From Alloascoidea hylecoeti (taxonomy: Eukaryota): a stretch of DNA of 64,000 nt. Numbering within the stretch: the stretch's first letter is position 1; each line of letters opens with the position of its first letter. The notes beneath the pieces are model-generated. The model saw nothing but the letters and a program-made list of their open reading frames with translations, had not been told where the DNA came from and made no database searches. Position numbers and translations under genes: made by a program. The stretch is taken from contig BCKZ01000001.1 of assembly GCA_001600815.1 (NCBI GenBank), forward strand, positions 292,613-356,612. Direction: 5' to 3'. Shown here in pieces: positions 36,700 to 50,020 of this stretch.

Positions 36700-37976
36700 A
36701 TGATATCTCCTGAAAACTTCTCACCATATGAATTAAATAAAGAAACCAATCATTATTATGATGAATCAAAATTTAAAAATTATGATGATGGCAATAAAAA
36801 ATATAAATTATTAAAATGGATATTTATTATATCAACAATCAATAACATTATTGTTAAATTAATCTTTCAAATACGTGATAAATTATTAAAATCATGGAAT
36901 TTAATATCTTATATTTTATTAATGATATTTTTAAAAATTTTAGAATTTATTATGATTCCTTTTTATACTATTGGATTTGAATGTTATAAATTTACTGCAA
37001 AAATGCAACAAAAAGATAATTATAATGATGAATTTTTTACAGAAAACAATAATTGTGAAGATATATTTCAAAGCGCTAATATTGGTATTGGAGATTTAAG
37101 GGGTTTATATTGGAATGGTGATAGTGTAACTGGATTAAAGAAATATTCAAAACTGGTTGATAAGAAAAGTGAAGATATTAAATTGTTAATGAAGGCTCAT
37201 AAAGAAAACAAATTTGAATATAAGAGTAAAAATAATTACAAATATAAAGGTATGAATCTATAATTTACAATTAATTATTTGATAATATTAGTTAATATTA
37301 TGATTTTGATATTGTTTTTTTTTAACTTGGCTTTAGAAATTATTAACAGGTTTGAAAAAGAGAAGTAAGTACGTTGATCATAACCAGATAATACTCAATA
37401 AACAACATTAAAAGCCCTTATAATTAATGAAAAGTAATTAGACCCAATATAATCAAGAATGTTAATTTTAAGAAATCTGAAGGATCTAAAGGATATCAAT
37501 TTAAAGATTTAACAACCACTCAAAATGAAGTCAAAAAAGGAATTTTAAAAAAAGTATTAAAAAAGAAACATCATTGGAAAGATAATACAATTAAAAGATC
37601 TATATCTGATACCATTTTAAGTATAGATTCTATTAAATCGGAATTCCAATCTAATTTTACCCCCGAATTACAAAGAAGAGCTTCTATTGCAAGTTTTACA
37701 ACTATTCCAAATAATAATATTAATACCAATATTAATCTTAAAAGGAAACGTAATAATATCAAAGTTAAGATGGGTAATTTACAAAAGAAATTTAAAAAAG
37801 ATCCAAAATATGCAATTTATTATATGTTTTCAAAACATGATACCATGAAACGATCCAAATATAAACAAGAACATCAAAATTTACAATTTCAAGAATATGA
37901 TGAGTATGAAGAGAGTATCTTGACAGTTGAAAGTGAGCAGGATGAAGAATACAGTATTGATGATCTTTATAATTGA
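36700..37976 (+). CDS. Orphan protein (about 370 aa) with N-terminal hydrophobic segments
   Basis: Exons 36700-37249, 37337-37364, 37442-37976. GTATGA..TAG and GTAAGT..TAG introns join the 187-aa and 68-aa ORFs in one frame with matching phases. Confidence 0.65.
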
Positions 37977-38193
37977 TACGTCAAAGCAGTTACTAATGTA
38001 ATAGCTGATGGAAAAATACTAAATTTTTTGATAATTGCAATTATGCTAATAAGTGAATATTCTTATAATTGAAGCTAACCTTTAACATTAATATAATAAA
38101 TTTGAAATAAATAAAAACAAATTTATATACTATCTATATCATTAAGTCTATTTCAAATAAATAATCCTATTTACCTTTTAAAATTTTTAAACA

Positions 38194-39903
38194 TCATATT
38201 TTATCCAAATCTCTTGATTTAATCCCAATATCATATATTGCAACTTTAAAAAAAGGATGTTCCAAAGCTTCTTTTGCAGTAATTCTTTTTTTTGGATCAA
38301 TCATTAACATTCTTTTAATTAAATCAAACATAAATGAATAAAATATTTTTTTTTCATTATTTTCAAAGGATAAAACATTTAAATTTAAATTTAAAAAAAT
38401 TAATTCTAAAGAATTACAATTTTTAAATAAATTAATTGATTTTATTGAAGTTTTTTCATTTGGAAAATTAATTTCATAATTATTATTATTTTTTGATGAT
38501 TTAAATAATTCTTTTGATAATGATTTATTTTTTTCTTTACATTGATTAATCATATTTAAATCGATTTTACAACTTAAAATAGTTTCCATTGATTTTAAAC
38601 ATCCTTCATTATCATGGGAACCAATTAATATATTACCAGTTAAAAGTTCAACAAATAAACAACCAATTGACCATATATCACATTTATTATCCCAACCAAT
38701 ATCTAAAATGATTTCAGGAGCTCTATAATGTCTTGTTGAAACAATAGTTGGATGTCTATCAGTATTAAATATTGCAGAACCAAAATCAATAAGTGTAATT
38801 GTTGTATCTTTTAAAACTTTAATGGAAGATTTTGAAGTACTTAATAATGGTGTATGTCTATTATTATTTGACATTTTATTATAAGTTGATGAATGTAATA
38901 AAATATTTTCAGGTTTAATATCAGTATGAATTATATTTAAATCATGTAAAAAGCAAACGGATCTCAATAATTGTTTTATAATTGATTGAATATGAGAACC
39001 AGGAAATGGATTAAATTTATTAAATTTTAAAAAATCAGAAATTGATAAATCTAAAATTGGCATAATCATTACAATATGATTTCTATATTCAAAACATTGT
39101 TCTAATTGAATACAATGATTTAAATTTTTTAAATCATTTTTTAAAATTGTTGACAAAATTTTTAATTCAATTAATCCTGCATCATAATATTTTGGTATTG
39201 ATCTAACAATTTTAATTGCAATTATTTTATTTGTTGCTTTATCATATGCTGATGCTACATTTGCAAATGTTCCTTTTCCTAAAATTTTTTTAAAAATATA
39301 ACGATTTGTAAAATTCATATTTTCTTTTATGATATAATGTTCATTTTCATCATTATATGATGTACTTGTTAATGGTGGATCTGAATCAATAATTTTTGGT
39401 AAAAGAACAGAAGAAACTTTTGAACGTCTTTGATTCTTTGATAATGGTGTATAATTTACTATACCTTCAGATAATTGGCTTGCGATTCCATGGTTGCTTC
39501 TATGAGATTTGAGATGTAATGATACTTTACTTCTTTGTCTCCTAAAAGGATTAATGCTGACGATACTATCAGAAGTACTTAAACTTCTTTGACTCCGAGC
39601 TCGATGTTTCGTGGAATAATTAGGTGAAGCAGTAGAAGAAGCCGAACTTCCTGATGAATCATCATTTCCATAAAATTGTTTTCGTTCTGAAAGGAAATCA
39701 CAAAAACTATTCCTTGCAACGTTTTGAGTTTGTGATTGTAATTGCTGATCAGCAGTAGACAATGGGACAGCAAGTAGTTGCGATGACCTTGGAGTTCTAA
39801 TGTCCTTCACTTGCGGATTCTGAGAAATGAAACCTGATGATTTTTTACTTTTGTGATCTTTTTTGGAGGTTGAATAAAAAGGAAAATTGATTTCGTCCAT
39901 CAT
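38194..39903 (-). CDS. KNS1: CLK/LAMMER-family dual-specificity kinase
   Basis: LGKGTF, AIKIVRSIPKY, HTDIKPENIL, LIDFGSA, VSTRHYRAPEIIL. Confidence 0.85.
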   Translation of the reverse strand: MMDEINFPFYSTSKKDHKSKKSSGFISQNPQVKDIRTPRSSQLLAVPLSTADQQLQSQTQNVARNSFCDFLSERKQFYGNDDSSGSSASSTASPNYSTKHRARSQRSLSTSDSIVSINPFRRQRSKVSLHLKSHRSNHGIASQLSEGIVNYTPLSKNQRRSKVSSVLLPKIIDSDPPLTSTSYNDENEHYIIKENMNFTNRYIFKKILGKGTFANVASAYDKATNKIIAIKIVRSIPKYYDAGLIELKILSTILKNDLKNLNHCIQLEQCFEYRNHIVMIMPILDLSISDFLKFNKFNPFPGSHIQSIIKQLLRSVCFLHDLNIIHTDIKPENILLHSSTYNKMSNNNRHTPLLSTSKSSIKVLKDTTITLIDFGSAIFNTDRHPTIVSTRHYRAPEIILDIGWDNKCDIWSIGCLFVELLTGNILIGSHDNEGCLKSMETILSCKIDLNMINQCKEKNKSLSKELFKSSKNNNNYEINFPNEKTSIKSINLFKNCNSLELIFLNLNLNVLSFENNEKKIFYSFMFDLIKRMLMIDPKKRITAKEALEHPFFKVAIYDIGIKSRDLDKI

Positions 39904-40260
39904 TATTTCCAGCCTCGAAGAAAGACATAAAAAAATTAGGAGATATCAATGGCAGATATCGATGGAGCCGCTAGGATTTAAACGAAACGTTAAGCATAAT
40001 ATGCAGGACTATGCATGTATGTATACGCTCGCTTTTCACGGTACAAAATAATTACTAAATTTATACAAACATAAAATCAAAAACTGAAATATTTATCAAA
40101 TTTACCATATAAATATTTATGATTTTATTCCTGAAGCTTTAAATTTGGGGATGGAATTATTCTAATTATAATTTGAAACCAGTTGAGCGATTATTATAAT
40201 AAATATCTCAGTTACGTCCGTACGCCCAGATACGAACACAGCCAATCAAAACAGCCTGGG

Positions 40261-40266
40261 CACGTG
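40261..40266. promoter_or_regulatory. CACGTG E-box (Cbf1-like), next to a CCAAT box and a TATAAA upstream of the acetylglutamate kinase gene
   Basis: Motif read directly. CACGTG also occurs in intergenic DNA at about 7771, 10808, 17208, 25002 and 54092. Confidence 0.45.
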
Positions 40267-40404
40267 ATCGCAATCTTTTGTACATAAGCCATATAAAACG
40301 GTATATTCTTTTATACTTCAGTTTTTTTCAATCATTTTTTTTGCGATTTCCTGTTTATTTCAATTATTTCCTGTCTATTTCTTTTATTAAGGTCATTTCG
40401 TTAA

Positions 40405-41982
<1,578 letters not shown>

Positions 41983-42800
41983 GCTTAACATAATCAAAAA
42001 AAAAATAGTAACATGAATTTATTGTTATTTTAAAAGAGATGTGGTTTTTAGTTAGGAGTTATTGAAAAGTACGGGTTACGCAGTATTAATATTTTATGAA
42101 ATATAAATTTGAATGGAGATATGAGACCGAGGGTATTCCAATTATGATGTTAAAGGATGCCATATGTTAAAAAAAGAAAAACGCAAAGACAAGTCAAAAT
42201 TTTATTGAATAGTTTATAGGTTAGTGCAATTTTGAATGGTAAATTATGACTTTACTAAGCATGTAAAAATGTGAAATCAACCGCCAACTAAATCCTAGAA
42301 CATTCGGTGTTTTATATAACGCAATTTGTTCATATTCTAAAGCCTTTTCACAGTAAGCTTGGCTGCCAATGGTTGGGTAATTTACTGTTAGCTTATAATT
42401 ATATTTAACAGTAACTAAAAGATGATAAACTACTGTAATTATAAGTTATTTTGCCAATTGTAATACATAGCTGGCTGAATATTAATGGGAAACAAAGCCA
42501 ATGGGATGTAGAAAGCAGTTAGCACCTTTAATACTAAAAGTGTATCGTATCTGTCATTGGAAATAGAGCTACTCATTATTATCACTACCATAAAGAATCT
42601 TGCTTCGAAATTTATTATAAGTGAGTAATAATTGCGAATTATAAGCTAATAGAGAACGAAAGTTCCTTAGTATTAAAAAACCATTTAAGTTTAACTTTGC
42701 GTACTTTACTATTAGTACATAACACCCATCCACCAATTTTTATCTTATTGCCAACATCAACATTAAACATTAACATTTGACATCATACAAGCTTTCCCCA

Positions 42801-43415
42801 ATGGCAGACTTTAACTTTCGACGAATTGATGTTGATCAATATGATCCAGATTCTCATGTAACCCTTGAAGACATCACACCTCAAGCAGATCCAGTTTCTT
42901 ATAGTGATATTACTGCTAAAGCTCAACAAATTAGAAATTTATTACAGAAAGGTGCAAATGAGGATGCATTATTGTTAGCTTTAGATGATCCTCCTTATGG
43001 TGGTGATGAAAAGACTAAGGTATGCTTTTTTTAATTGAATTGTGTTGCGTTGTGTGACAACGTTTTTGTTTATTTCTATTGATGCCTAGTTATAACTACA
43101 CATTGGTAATCAGGATAAATCTCATTTAAAGTATAAAATAACTAATTAATTAATTAGGATCTCCATCTATCTACCGTCCTTGATGTTTTGGCAGCAATTA
43201 AAGTCTCTTCTGTTACTAACTTGGTTGAAAATCTTGATGGCGAACAACAAAATGTCCTAGTTAAGTATCTTTACAAAGGGATGGGATCTCCGGTTGCCGC
43301 AGGAAGTCAAGCTCATAATATATATGGTGTTCTATTATCGTGGTTTGATAAGACTATTGAAGTTACTGGTAATGGACCAATTGTTCGGTATTTATCTGAT
43401 AGAAGATTAGTTTAA
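42801..43415 (+). CDS. ARC15: Arp2/3 complex subunit ARPC5
   Basis: Exons 42801-43019 and 43158-43415; FRRIDVDQYDP, PPYG, LVKYLYKGM, VLLSW, GPIVRYLSDRRLV. Confidence 0.93.
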
Positions 43416-43584
43416 ATAATAAATTAATTTTGAATTGAAGATTTAAAATATGTAAATGAAAACCAAACTAAAACTATAACTAAAACGAAAACTAGAACAA
43501 AACTAGAACAAAACAAAACAAAACAAAATACAAATATTTAATGTCATAATTATAGAGAATAAATTAATAAAAATTAATTATAAG

Positions 43585-46188
43585 TTAGTAATCATCTTCA
43601 TCTGATAAAACCAAAGCACGTCTAGTTCGTAATTTTCTTGATTTTATCTTTAATGGTGTTTCATCTTCTTCAATTAATGCCATTGGCATTGAATTTTCTA
43701 TTTGTATCTCATTTCTATGATAAGATTTTTTCGAATCACCAGAATATGTACTAACTTGACTATTTTTCATATTTACTGTTGAATTTGATATCGTTGATAA
43801 AATTCTATTAGTGTGTGAATGTTTCATACCATTTGTCGTTTTATTATTACTTAAAATATGCTTATCATCTTCCTCACTTTCATATTCTTCATCCTTTTCA
43901 TATCTGTATTCATCATCATCATCATCGTCATCCTCCAAGACTTGAGACTCTTCATATTCCACAGATTCGTCATCGTAAGCAAGAAAGCTATTCATATCAT
44001 GTTGATCATGTTCTTCAGCTTCGGATACTTCACAATCATCTCCAGATCCTACCTCAAATGACATATCCATATCCATTGGCTGTTGATTATTATTATGATT
44101 ATTAGCTTGCTGAAGTTCTTTTTGTAGCCTTTCTATTTCTTGTTCTTGAGCTATTTTAGAATCTTGTAATTCTTTTATTGAAGATTTATAATTTGAATTA
44201 ATTCCTCTAAGATATTCATTTTCTTCGTTTAATTTTTGATTATTATTTTCAACTTTAGAAACAATTCCTTCAAATTTGCTAGATTCTTCTAATCTTTCAC
44301 TTAAATCATGATTGACTCTTTTATATTTTGATGCTAATTTAATTAATCTACTTTTAACATCAAGAGCATCATTTAATTCATCATTTAATTTATTAATTTG
44401 TTCTTGTAAAATTAAAACATCATTAGAAAGAACTACAGGTTTATTAAGTTTTAAATCTTTCAATTCTCTTTTTAAATTTGAATTTTCTTTTAATAAATGT
44501 TCAAGTGAATTATCATAAGATAATTGAGATTCTGTTATATTTTGAACTAATTGATTTGTTTGTTCTCTTAAATCATGTAATTGTCCTTCATAGGATTGAA
44601 CTAACATTTCAACCATTTTATCATTTGATTGTTGATTTGATTCATCATCATCAATTCTAATATTTTGAAATTGATCTTGTAATTCTTCAAATTTAAATTC
44701 ATATTCAGTTGCAAGTTCTTCTCTAAGTTCGTATTCTATACTAATCAAACGATCTTGTAGATTAGAATTCTCTTCTTCTAATTCAGCGACACGGGCACTC
44801 AAGACATCATTATCTCCGCTGGTATTTGATGCAGATTGAGGCGGTTCGATTCGTTTTATAATTCGAGATCTTGGTCTTTGTGGTGTACTTAAAGATTTTA
44901 AAGCACCTGTATTAATTTGACTTGCCAATGCCATATACCTGAATATTTGCATATTAGTTTGTGGATCGCTAAATGGATCAACAGCAATAAGAACAGATAC
45001 TTTATAATCATTTATATTAGTAACAGCATCAGAAAGTAATAATCTTGTTAATTTATTACTTCTTAAACTACTTAAATCACCTTTTGTAATCGATTTTTTT
45101 TTCAAAAGTTGAAATGAAAGTCCTAATTGCATTAATGATTTATTAACTGAAATACCTTCCGTCAATCTTACACCTTGAGTATGAGCAGCTTTTGTTCTTT
45201 CTGAACCAGCAAGATCAGCAATTGTTAAATTTGAATACTTAACTTCTGTATCATTACCATTTTTAATAAAATTTCGAATTTCTAAAAAAATAAATGCATG
45301 TGAACGACTTGAATTATTATTAATACTTGTTGATTGAACTTTTCTTGAAATTCTACCAATACTTAAAATTCTAGCAGCTTCTGATATATTTTTAACAAAA
45401 ACTTTTGTTAATGGAGTTATAATTGTTCTTCCCGAATCAGGATCAATTCCAACATCAAGTGATACATTATTTAAAGTTGGTCTAACTGATTCATGAAATT
45501 TTTTGCTATCAAGTAAATCCAAAACATCATCATTATAAATTTGTGCCATGGATAAATAAACTGCATAACCTGGTTCATGGTCAATATCTTTTGACCCTAA
45601 GAGACCACTTGATATAGAAGAATCGATTGATGAAGCTTCAACAACTATTGAACGTCTGGTATTCTTACTACTTTTGATAAGGTCTTCTGTGACATCAAAC
45701 TAAACAACAGTTAGTATTTTAGAAAACGGTGGAGCATATTAATATTATGACTTACTTTAGCGATTTTTCCAGTTAGTTTTTGAAAAAGAGATTCTAGCGT
45801 TAAAAATGCAAGACCTGGAACTGAATTTATTGGTTTACCAAATATTGAATATGTCTATCATTTCGTTAGTTATTTATCCACTAACATTATCCACTTTCTC
45901 ATTAAATAACATAAATAAACATACCTTTCCAGAATTTGAAGAACCCAAAGTAAACATAATAGAATCTTGGCCATTTAAACATCTATCAACAAGTGGTAAA
46001 CAAACTTTTTGAAAAATCTCTTCTTGTTGAACTTTTTCATCAAATATTTCTGTAAATTTATATTCATGTTGTTCATTTGTTTTACTTTTAACAATTACTG
46101 ATTCTTTATTTGGTTGTAAGAATGGAACAGAAGAAACAGACTTCTTGCTTTTTGGCTTTAACCTTAAATAAACTGGTATTGTGCTCAT
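43585..46188 (-). CDS. N-terminal motor kinesin, kinesin-6-like
   Basis: Exons 46188-45925, 45854-45756, 45699-43585. P-loop GSSNSGK|T spans intron 1; NNNSSRSH and DLAGSER present; long loop-6 insertion; coiled-coil tail. Confidence 0.85.
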
Positions 46189-46398
46189 TTTTTCTAAATA
46201 GTTATTATAAAAAAGAGAAAGAGAAGTAGTATATTTAAATTTCAAGATAATACAAATTTTAACTTCATATATGTGTACAAAATGCCTAATTTGGATGTTC
46301 TGTTGTCTAGGCAGAACACCCACACACCCACGCATTGGCTCTTCCCGATATTTTTCTTAAATAGACACTCTATGAACTTCTACTTTTTTGATAACATC

Positions 46399-47987
46399 AT
46401 GACAGGTCTCGTTCCGATTGATACTAATGAGCAGACAACTTTAGAAATCAGTCAAGAAACTGTGGTAATTGAAACTGATGAGAAAGAACTTGAAACCTCA
46501 CAATATGCACTTGACCCAAAACCTAGAAAAAGATCTATTGATGAAACATGTGAACCAAATGAATTGAATGAACCAGATGTAATTAAACGACAAAAAAGTG
46601 TCTTAAAGAGAGATTTAGATGATACGAATGAAAAAGTAGTAAGTGGTGATATAGAAAAGCCAACTATTCTTAAAGAAGATCAAGATGAAAAACTCGATAT
46701 CGATGAAGTTCAATCTGATAAAAAAGAAGATCATGATGAAACTATGGTTATCAATAAAGATTCTTCTGAATTGAAGGAAGTCGTTAGTCCTGTAAAAGCT
46801 GGATCAAAAAATCCAGTTCCTGATGTTCTTGGAGAAAAAAAAGAAGTTACACCAATTGAAACAAAAGAACATACCCCTAATCAAACATCAGTAGCAACAG
46901 ATAAATCTACAGAAAAGGAGGATAAAGAAATTGCAAAAGAATCATCCGCACAAGAGCAGACTGCAGAAATAACAGCAAGAACAAAAGGAATATCTATGGA
47001 AGAAAAAGTATCAACACCAAAAGAAAAGGTATGGACCCTTATTATTTATACTACTTGGATTAAAATTTTATTTTTACTAATAATACTTTTAAATAGAAAC
47101 ATGTTTTTGGTGCTAGTACACCTTTTGGAGGACGTGCATTTAGTGCTGTTGGAAAGAAAGATGTTTTTGGTTCAGCATCGCCTTTTACACCATCGAAGTT
47201 TTCCGCATTAAATTTAAATGGTAATAGTAAAGAAACTCCTCAAGAATCACCAGCTAAATCTAGTTTTGTTTTTGGTTCTAAAACTCCATTTTCTGGGCCT
47301 GCTTTTAAGACTTCAAAACCTTTATTTTCACCTGGAGTTGGTTCTACTACAGTAAGTACTTGCTAAAATTTAATCACATGAGATAAATAAATATATTAAT
47401 TGTTATTATTAGAGCATATTTGATCTTAAGAAACCAAAAGACGACGAGAAAAATGAAGAAGAAGAAGAAAGGGAAACCACTCCATCGAAACCCTCAGCAC
47501 CTTTAGAAGATAGATATGTTCAAGTTAAACAACCACTGACTGAAAAACAAGGTATGAAGTATAATTTATTTAAAATTAAAATTCTTATTAACATCATTTA
47601 TTAGTTGTAACTGGAGAGGAATCTGAAGAATCGATTTTCTCTGTTAAAGCCAAGTTATACGCATTAGATATAACTAGTCCTCAACCCGCATGGAAAGAAA
47701 GAGGTATAGGAACTTTACATGTCAATAAGAAATATGAACCTGATCATACATATAAATCACGTATTGTTATGCGATCAAATGGTGTTTTAAAAGTTATTCT
47801 TAATCTACCTTTATTGCCTGAATTTGAAGTATTAAAAGGAATGAAATCTTCGTTAGCAAGCGAAAAATTTATAAGAATAACAGCAATTGAAGATGATAAA
47901 CCAATACAATATGCTTTACGGGTTAATAATAAAGGTGATGCTGAAAAGTTATACGAATCTATTGCTTCTATCATACCACAAAAATAA
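46399..47987 (+). CDS. YRB2: Ran-binding domain protein with FG repeats (Yrb2/RanBP3)
   Basis: Exons 46399-47028, 47097-47351, 47413-47551, 47605-47987; VFG/FVFG repeats, VTGEESE, AKLYAL, WKERGIG, RIVMRSNGVLKVILN. Confidence 0.85.
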
Positions 47988-48081
47988 ATATTATTTCTTC
48001 TCTATAAAATAATTATAAGATAATAACCATATACCAATTTATAATATATATTATATAGCCTTTAGTTGTTTATTAATATTG

Positions 48082-48909
48082 TTAACTATTTGCATTTTTT
48101 TTATTTCTAAATGCTACACTACAAATTGTAGATCCTTTTTTCCCACCAAATTGAAAACTTGAATAATGAATTGTTTTCCAAACATATAAATCATCTTTAT
48201 CATCTAAAATAATCTTAATAAGTTCATCTTGTGTAAAATTACAAGAAGTTATCAATAATAAACCATCATTTTCATTTAATAAAGTTCTAACAATTGAAGG
48301 ATATAATTGAACACCCGATTTTTCAGATCCATCATTTTTAAAAAAATCTTTATACTTAATATCACTTAGAGCAATTGCATCTAATGTACCTTTATCAAGA
48401 ATAATATCCCATTTATAAGATTTATTTGGTTTCCAATTATTATTTTCAATATCAAATAAATCAACTTGTTTAAAATCAATTTTATTATTATTATCAATTT
48501 CATAATTTTCTTCTTTTAATTTTAAAGCAAACTCAATTGCTTTTTTAGAATAATCAATACCTAATAAATTACCATTTAAATCAGTTTCAGAAATTGAAAA
48601 GATTAATTGACCATTGCCAGTTCCTAAATCAATAATTGAAGAATTTTCAACATTTGGAAGTTCATCAATATTATTATTTAAAAAATCTACTAGTTTATCT
48701 TCTGCGTTTGAATCAGAGAACCAAGATTCACCAACATCTTCTGGATTATGTTCAAAGTTTTTCTTCTCTAATTCATAAAAATCATCCCAACTAAAAGGAA
48801 CATGTTAGAAAAAGAAACATTATATATATATATATATATATAAGTTATTGTTTACTTACTATTTTTTAGTCCCTAGTTCTGAAGGATCAAGTTTGGATGT
48901 GTCTTCCAT
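48082..48909 (-). CDS. EFM4: eEF1A protein-lysine N-methyltransferase (not in the ORF track)
   Basis: Exons 48909-48860 and 48790-48082 give LDPSELGTKKYWDDFY...GESWF...IIDLGTGNG...GIDYS...LDKGTLDAIALS...LITSCNFT. Confidence 0.92.
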
Positions 48910-50020
48910 TTGTGCAAATAGAATTGAAATATACCAGTGATGAAAGGTTTTTAAATTTTTTGTGTGAGCCATGCATATGCATAATCAATAACGAGCGAAA
49001 TCGCTAAATACTTCCATATGTAGTGGCGAATAAATGTATCTTATTACAACTTAAAATGTCTTGCGTTTGTGGCTAAATGGAATGCGCTGATCTGTGACCA
49101 ATATATTATGGTATATTAATATTGAAGTTGATTGAACCCACTACTAATGATAATTCAGGTAAATTTTATAAATATTATACAATCTTTTGATATTATGCTA
49201 ATTTCCGGTGTTTTAACTAATTAATAATAATTTGATTAATCCTCAAACTTTTCGATAGTCTAAATTTTACAGATCAATTATACTTTCAATGGTGAAAAAT
49301 ATTGTATATTGTTTCAATCTATTCATTCTTTCGATTCACGATTAATGAATCTTTAACTTTTTTATGTTTATTATCAAACTCTTGTTTCTTACAGTTAATT
49401 GGGTGTGTGAAGCCAATTAACAGTAAAAAGAAAAATACAGCAAGTTATTTTGTAAGAGAGTCATATAGCTAGCGAACTAGTTTTAATGATCGATGGTCCC
49501 ACCACATAATTTCATTTTGTATTTAACACAATGTATTTAACACAATGTTTTGTGAATGAACTGTTTATTGAAAATTGAAATGATCACACGACTTAATAAA
49601 GGTAACTAATACAGACTACATGATAATCAATATTAATGAATGGTAATGAATACGTATTCATAGAACAATTGTTAGAGTAATCATAAATACTATTATTATC
49701 TGAAGCTTATTATAACACCAGTAATCATATATTTTAAGTCACTCGGAATAACAGCGCTTAAGCTAATCAGGTTGATCAACAACGATTCATCATACAATTG
49801 CATTGAACTATTATAATTCTTAACGTCACATAACCAAGCTTAATCAAATTTGAACTATATCCTATAGCTTGAATAAAACTAATTGAAGATTTAAGAAAAA
49901 AAAAAATAACTAAATAAAATAAAACCACATCGAGTCTATATCAAATTTAATTTTAACGTAAATCAAAAGTATCTCAAGAATCTTAACATAATATTTAATC
50001 ATATTTATAAATTTAAAAAT

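Noticed and set aside
37541..37565. Slippery TTTTAAAAAAAG suggesting a -1 frameshift in the orphan gene
   Set aside because: Counting shows the zero frame runs open to the 37976 stop, so no shift is needed.
43110..43140. CAG|GATAAATCTCATTTAAA|GTAT inside the ARC15 intron as a possible micro-exon
   Set aside because: 17 nt would shift the frame, and the remaining intron would be too short.
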